DNA of 64,000 nt from positions 12,090,001 to 12,154,000 of the forward strand of contig JBHGNT010000022.1 of the NCBI GenBank assembly GCA_043228905.1. The letters run 5' to 3'. Origin of the DNA: Azolla caroliniana (lineage: Eukaryota > Plantae > Polypodiophyta). Position numbers and translations under genes: made by a program. Positions 62,201 through 64,000 of the stretch are shown here, piece by piece; position 1 is the first letter of the stretch, and each line of letters starts with the position of its first letter. A model generated the notes under the pieces. It did no database searches, was not told the DNA's origin, and saw only the letters and a program-made list of their open reading frames with translations.

Positions 62201-64000
62201 GTCAGGAAAAAATTACATTAACTGAAGCTATGTGTATACTTCACATGCCTCTTAAGTTTTCTTTTTTCCCTAATGTCCTTTGGTCAACCATATGTATTAT
62301 TTGAGCAAGTATTGGGGTAAGTAAGATGCAACCATATGTATTATTTAAGAAATTATCCGTTTTTCTCTCCTGAAGGGCGTCTGCGAAATAATAAAAACTC
62401 AAGGTCATTTGCGGAAATAAAGCAAAACTTATGTACTTGGGGAGTTTTCTCTGATAAGAATCAAGAATCCAAGTCAGGATAATGTCCAAATCTACAATAA
62501 AAGCATTCTCCCTCTCGCCACAATGCTTTTGGTAATAGATCCCTGATCCCAAACCTAATCTGGAGTTAATGCTGCATCAACATAAGTAAGCAACATTGAA
62601 AATGAACACCTTACCTTCATCCATGGGTTCAAACCGTATGTGTCCTGGTCTTACAACAATCGGAAGTCTTTCTTCTTCAGCCTCACCATCATCCTCAGTT
62701 TTACTCCTTAGCACAGGCAAAACTTGGTTGCTTGTATCATTTGTAACATCAGGTTTCTCCATCTGAGGAACAGCTGAAATAACATTATTATATGCATGAC
62801 AGAAACACTTCCCAGAGGAAAAAAATAGTAATGATTACATTACCCTATCTAACATTTGTTTGTTCTCTCGTTTCCAAAAACGTTTCGCCTTCTTCCTTCG
62901 GGAACTACGACTGGGTTTCTGGTAAACCATATACACAATGATTATGAGAAATTCAAGTATTACAACAGTTTCAATAAAGATTCAGAAAACATACTTTTAC
63001 ACTTTCCGTTTCTATTGGCAGATCTAGCCTCTTCTGTTCATCCTTCGACGTTTCACTAGTTGAACTGAAAAAGGCTTTTAATAAACTGAATGAACTTTAT
63101 AAAAGCCGTGCACTTTACATACTTGTATATCACAAAAGAACACAGTAACTAGGTTAAGTATCTGTGTATGTTTAAAGAAACACTCATAGGAGTAGATTAT
63201 GATCAAATACAAAACTCTGGTGCTCAAACATTGCTCATTGTCGCATTGTATTCTGTCCAAAAGGCAGGCACTATACACATAAACTTTGTGTAGCTTATTA
63301 TGAATGAAAACAGAATAGGTTTTTTACTGAAATAGTTCTGAAGACGCATGAAGAAAATGTTATTGGTATAGAAATGATCCCTCAGAGCTTGTTCAAAACT
63401 TGTTTCTCACCTTCAGTATATACACATACATACATACATACACACACACATATATATATATCAAATTTGTTGAGTACATACTCCAAAGGTAAAAAAATTA
63501 TATGCAAAGATGTACAATTTTTTGCATCTGCTTCATTTAGTTAATTTCAATATCACAATGGTTCAGGACATAGAACGAGAATAACTTATTATGAATTGCA
63601 AATCTTGTGATACCTTGAAGAGGACGAATCATGTTTCTCATCCTTCTTTGTAGCAGCACACTCCTTGTCAATACTCTCTGTTGCATCATTATTCACTTTT
63701 ACCTTGGCCTCACTGGACAACTTATTTTTCTCCTTCATTTGTACCTTTGGAACATTAATTTCGTTAAGGCTCTTTTCCACAGTACTCTTCAGAACCTCAT
63801 TTTTGTCATTATGTTGAGTGATCTTTTTCTTTCTCTTCGATTTTCCAACTTCATTTGCAGCATTCTCTTTTGTAGCTTCAAGCTTCAAGCTTCTCCCTTG
63901 CTCATCATCTCTAAAATGTGACATTATTATGGCTTCAGATATAAAAAGTCTTAATAAAACTATCAATAATAAACTAAAGTGCATAAAGGTACGAATGCTA
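59224..64000 (-). CDS. COIL: Coilin (3' part; gene runs off the window end)
   Basis: KPSRSSRRKKAKRFW, PIVVRPGHIRFEP, KWGKK-like segment, Tudor-like GDIIAYRMLELTSSMTPEISEYR, C-terminal LRKRKEEL...LGSTIALLRSQ. Confidence 0.9.

Overview
This is eukaryotic land-plant nuclear DNA; GA/GT microsatellites, GT-AG introns and TE types suggest a fern or other seed-free plant, which is inference. Positions 1-26.6 kb are a nest of transposons. (1) A degraded Ty3/gypsy pol remnant (minus) whose RNase H is replaced by three telomeric repeats. (2) Inserted in it, a very young Ty1/copia element (348-5833, TSD CGAGT). Its LTRs are identical apart from a TC tract, and it has one in-frame TAA between gag and pol. 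(3) A decayed DNA transposon with a DUF7869/Sola-like DDD transposase and a divergent spliced gene carrying a coiled coil and a RING-H2 finger. (4) Inserted in that, a full-length Athila/Tat-like gypsy element (11437-22071) with a ~900-aa extra ORF. (5) Two solo LTRs (12230-12938 and 24137-25140). Positions 26.9-64 kb hold five host genes: PAR1-like, UBP1 (3xRRM), MEE22/EMB1611-like, SmG and the 3' part of coilin, with LINE remnants and short repeats between them. Most short entries in the ORF track are shadow or microsatellite ORFs. All family calls come from motif recognition by eye, not from database searches.
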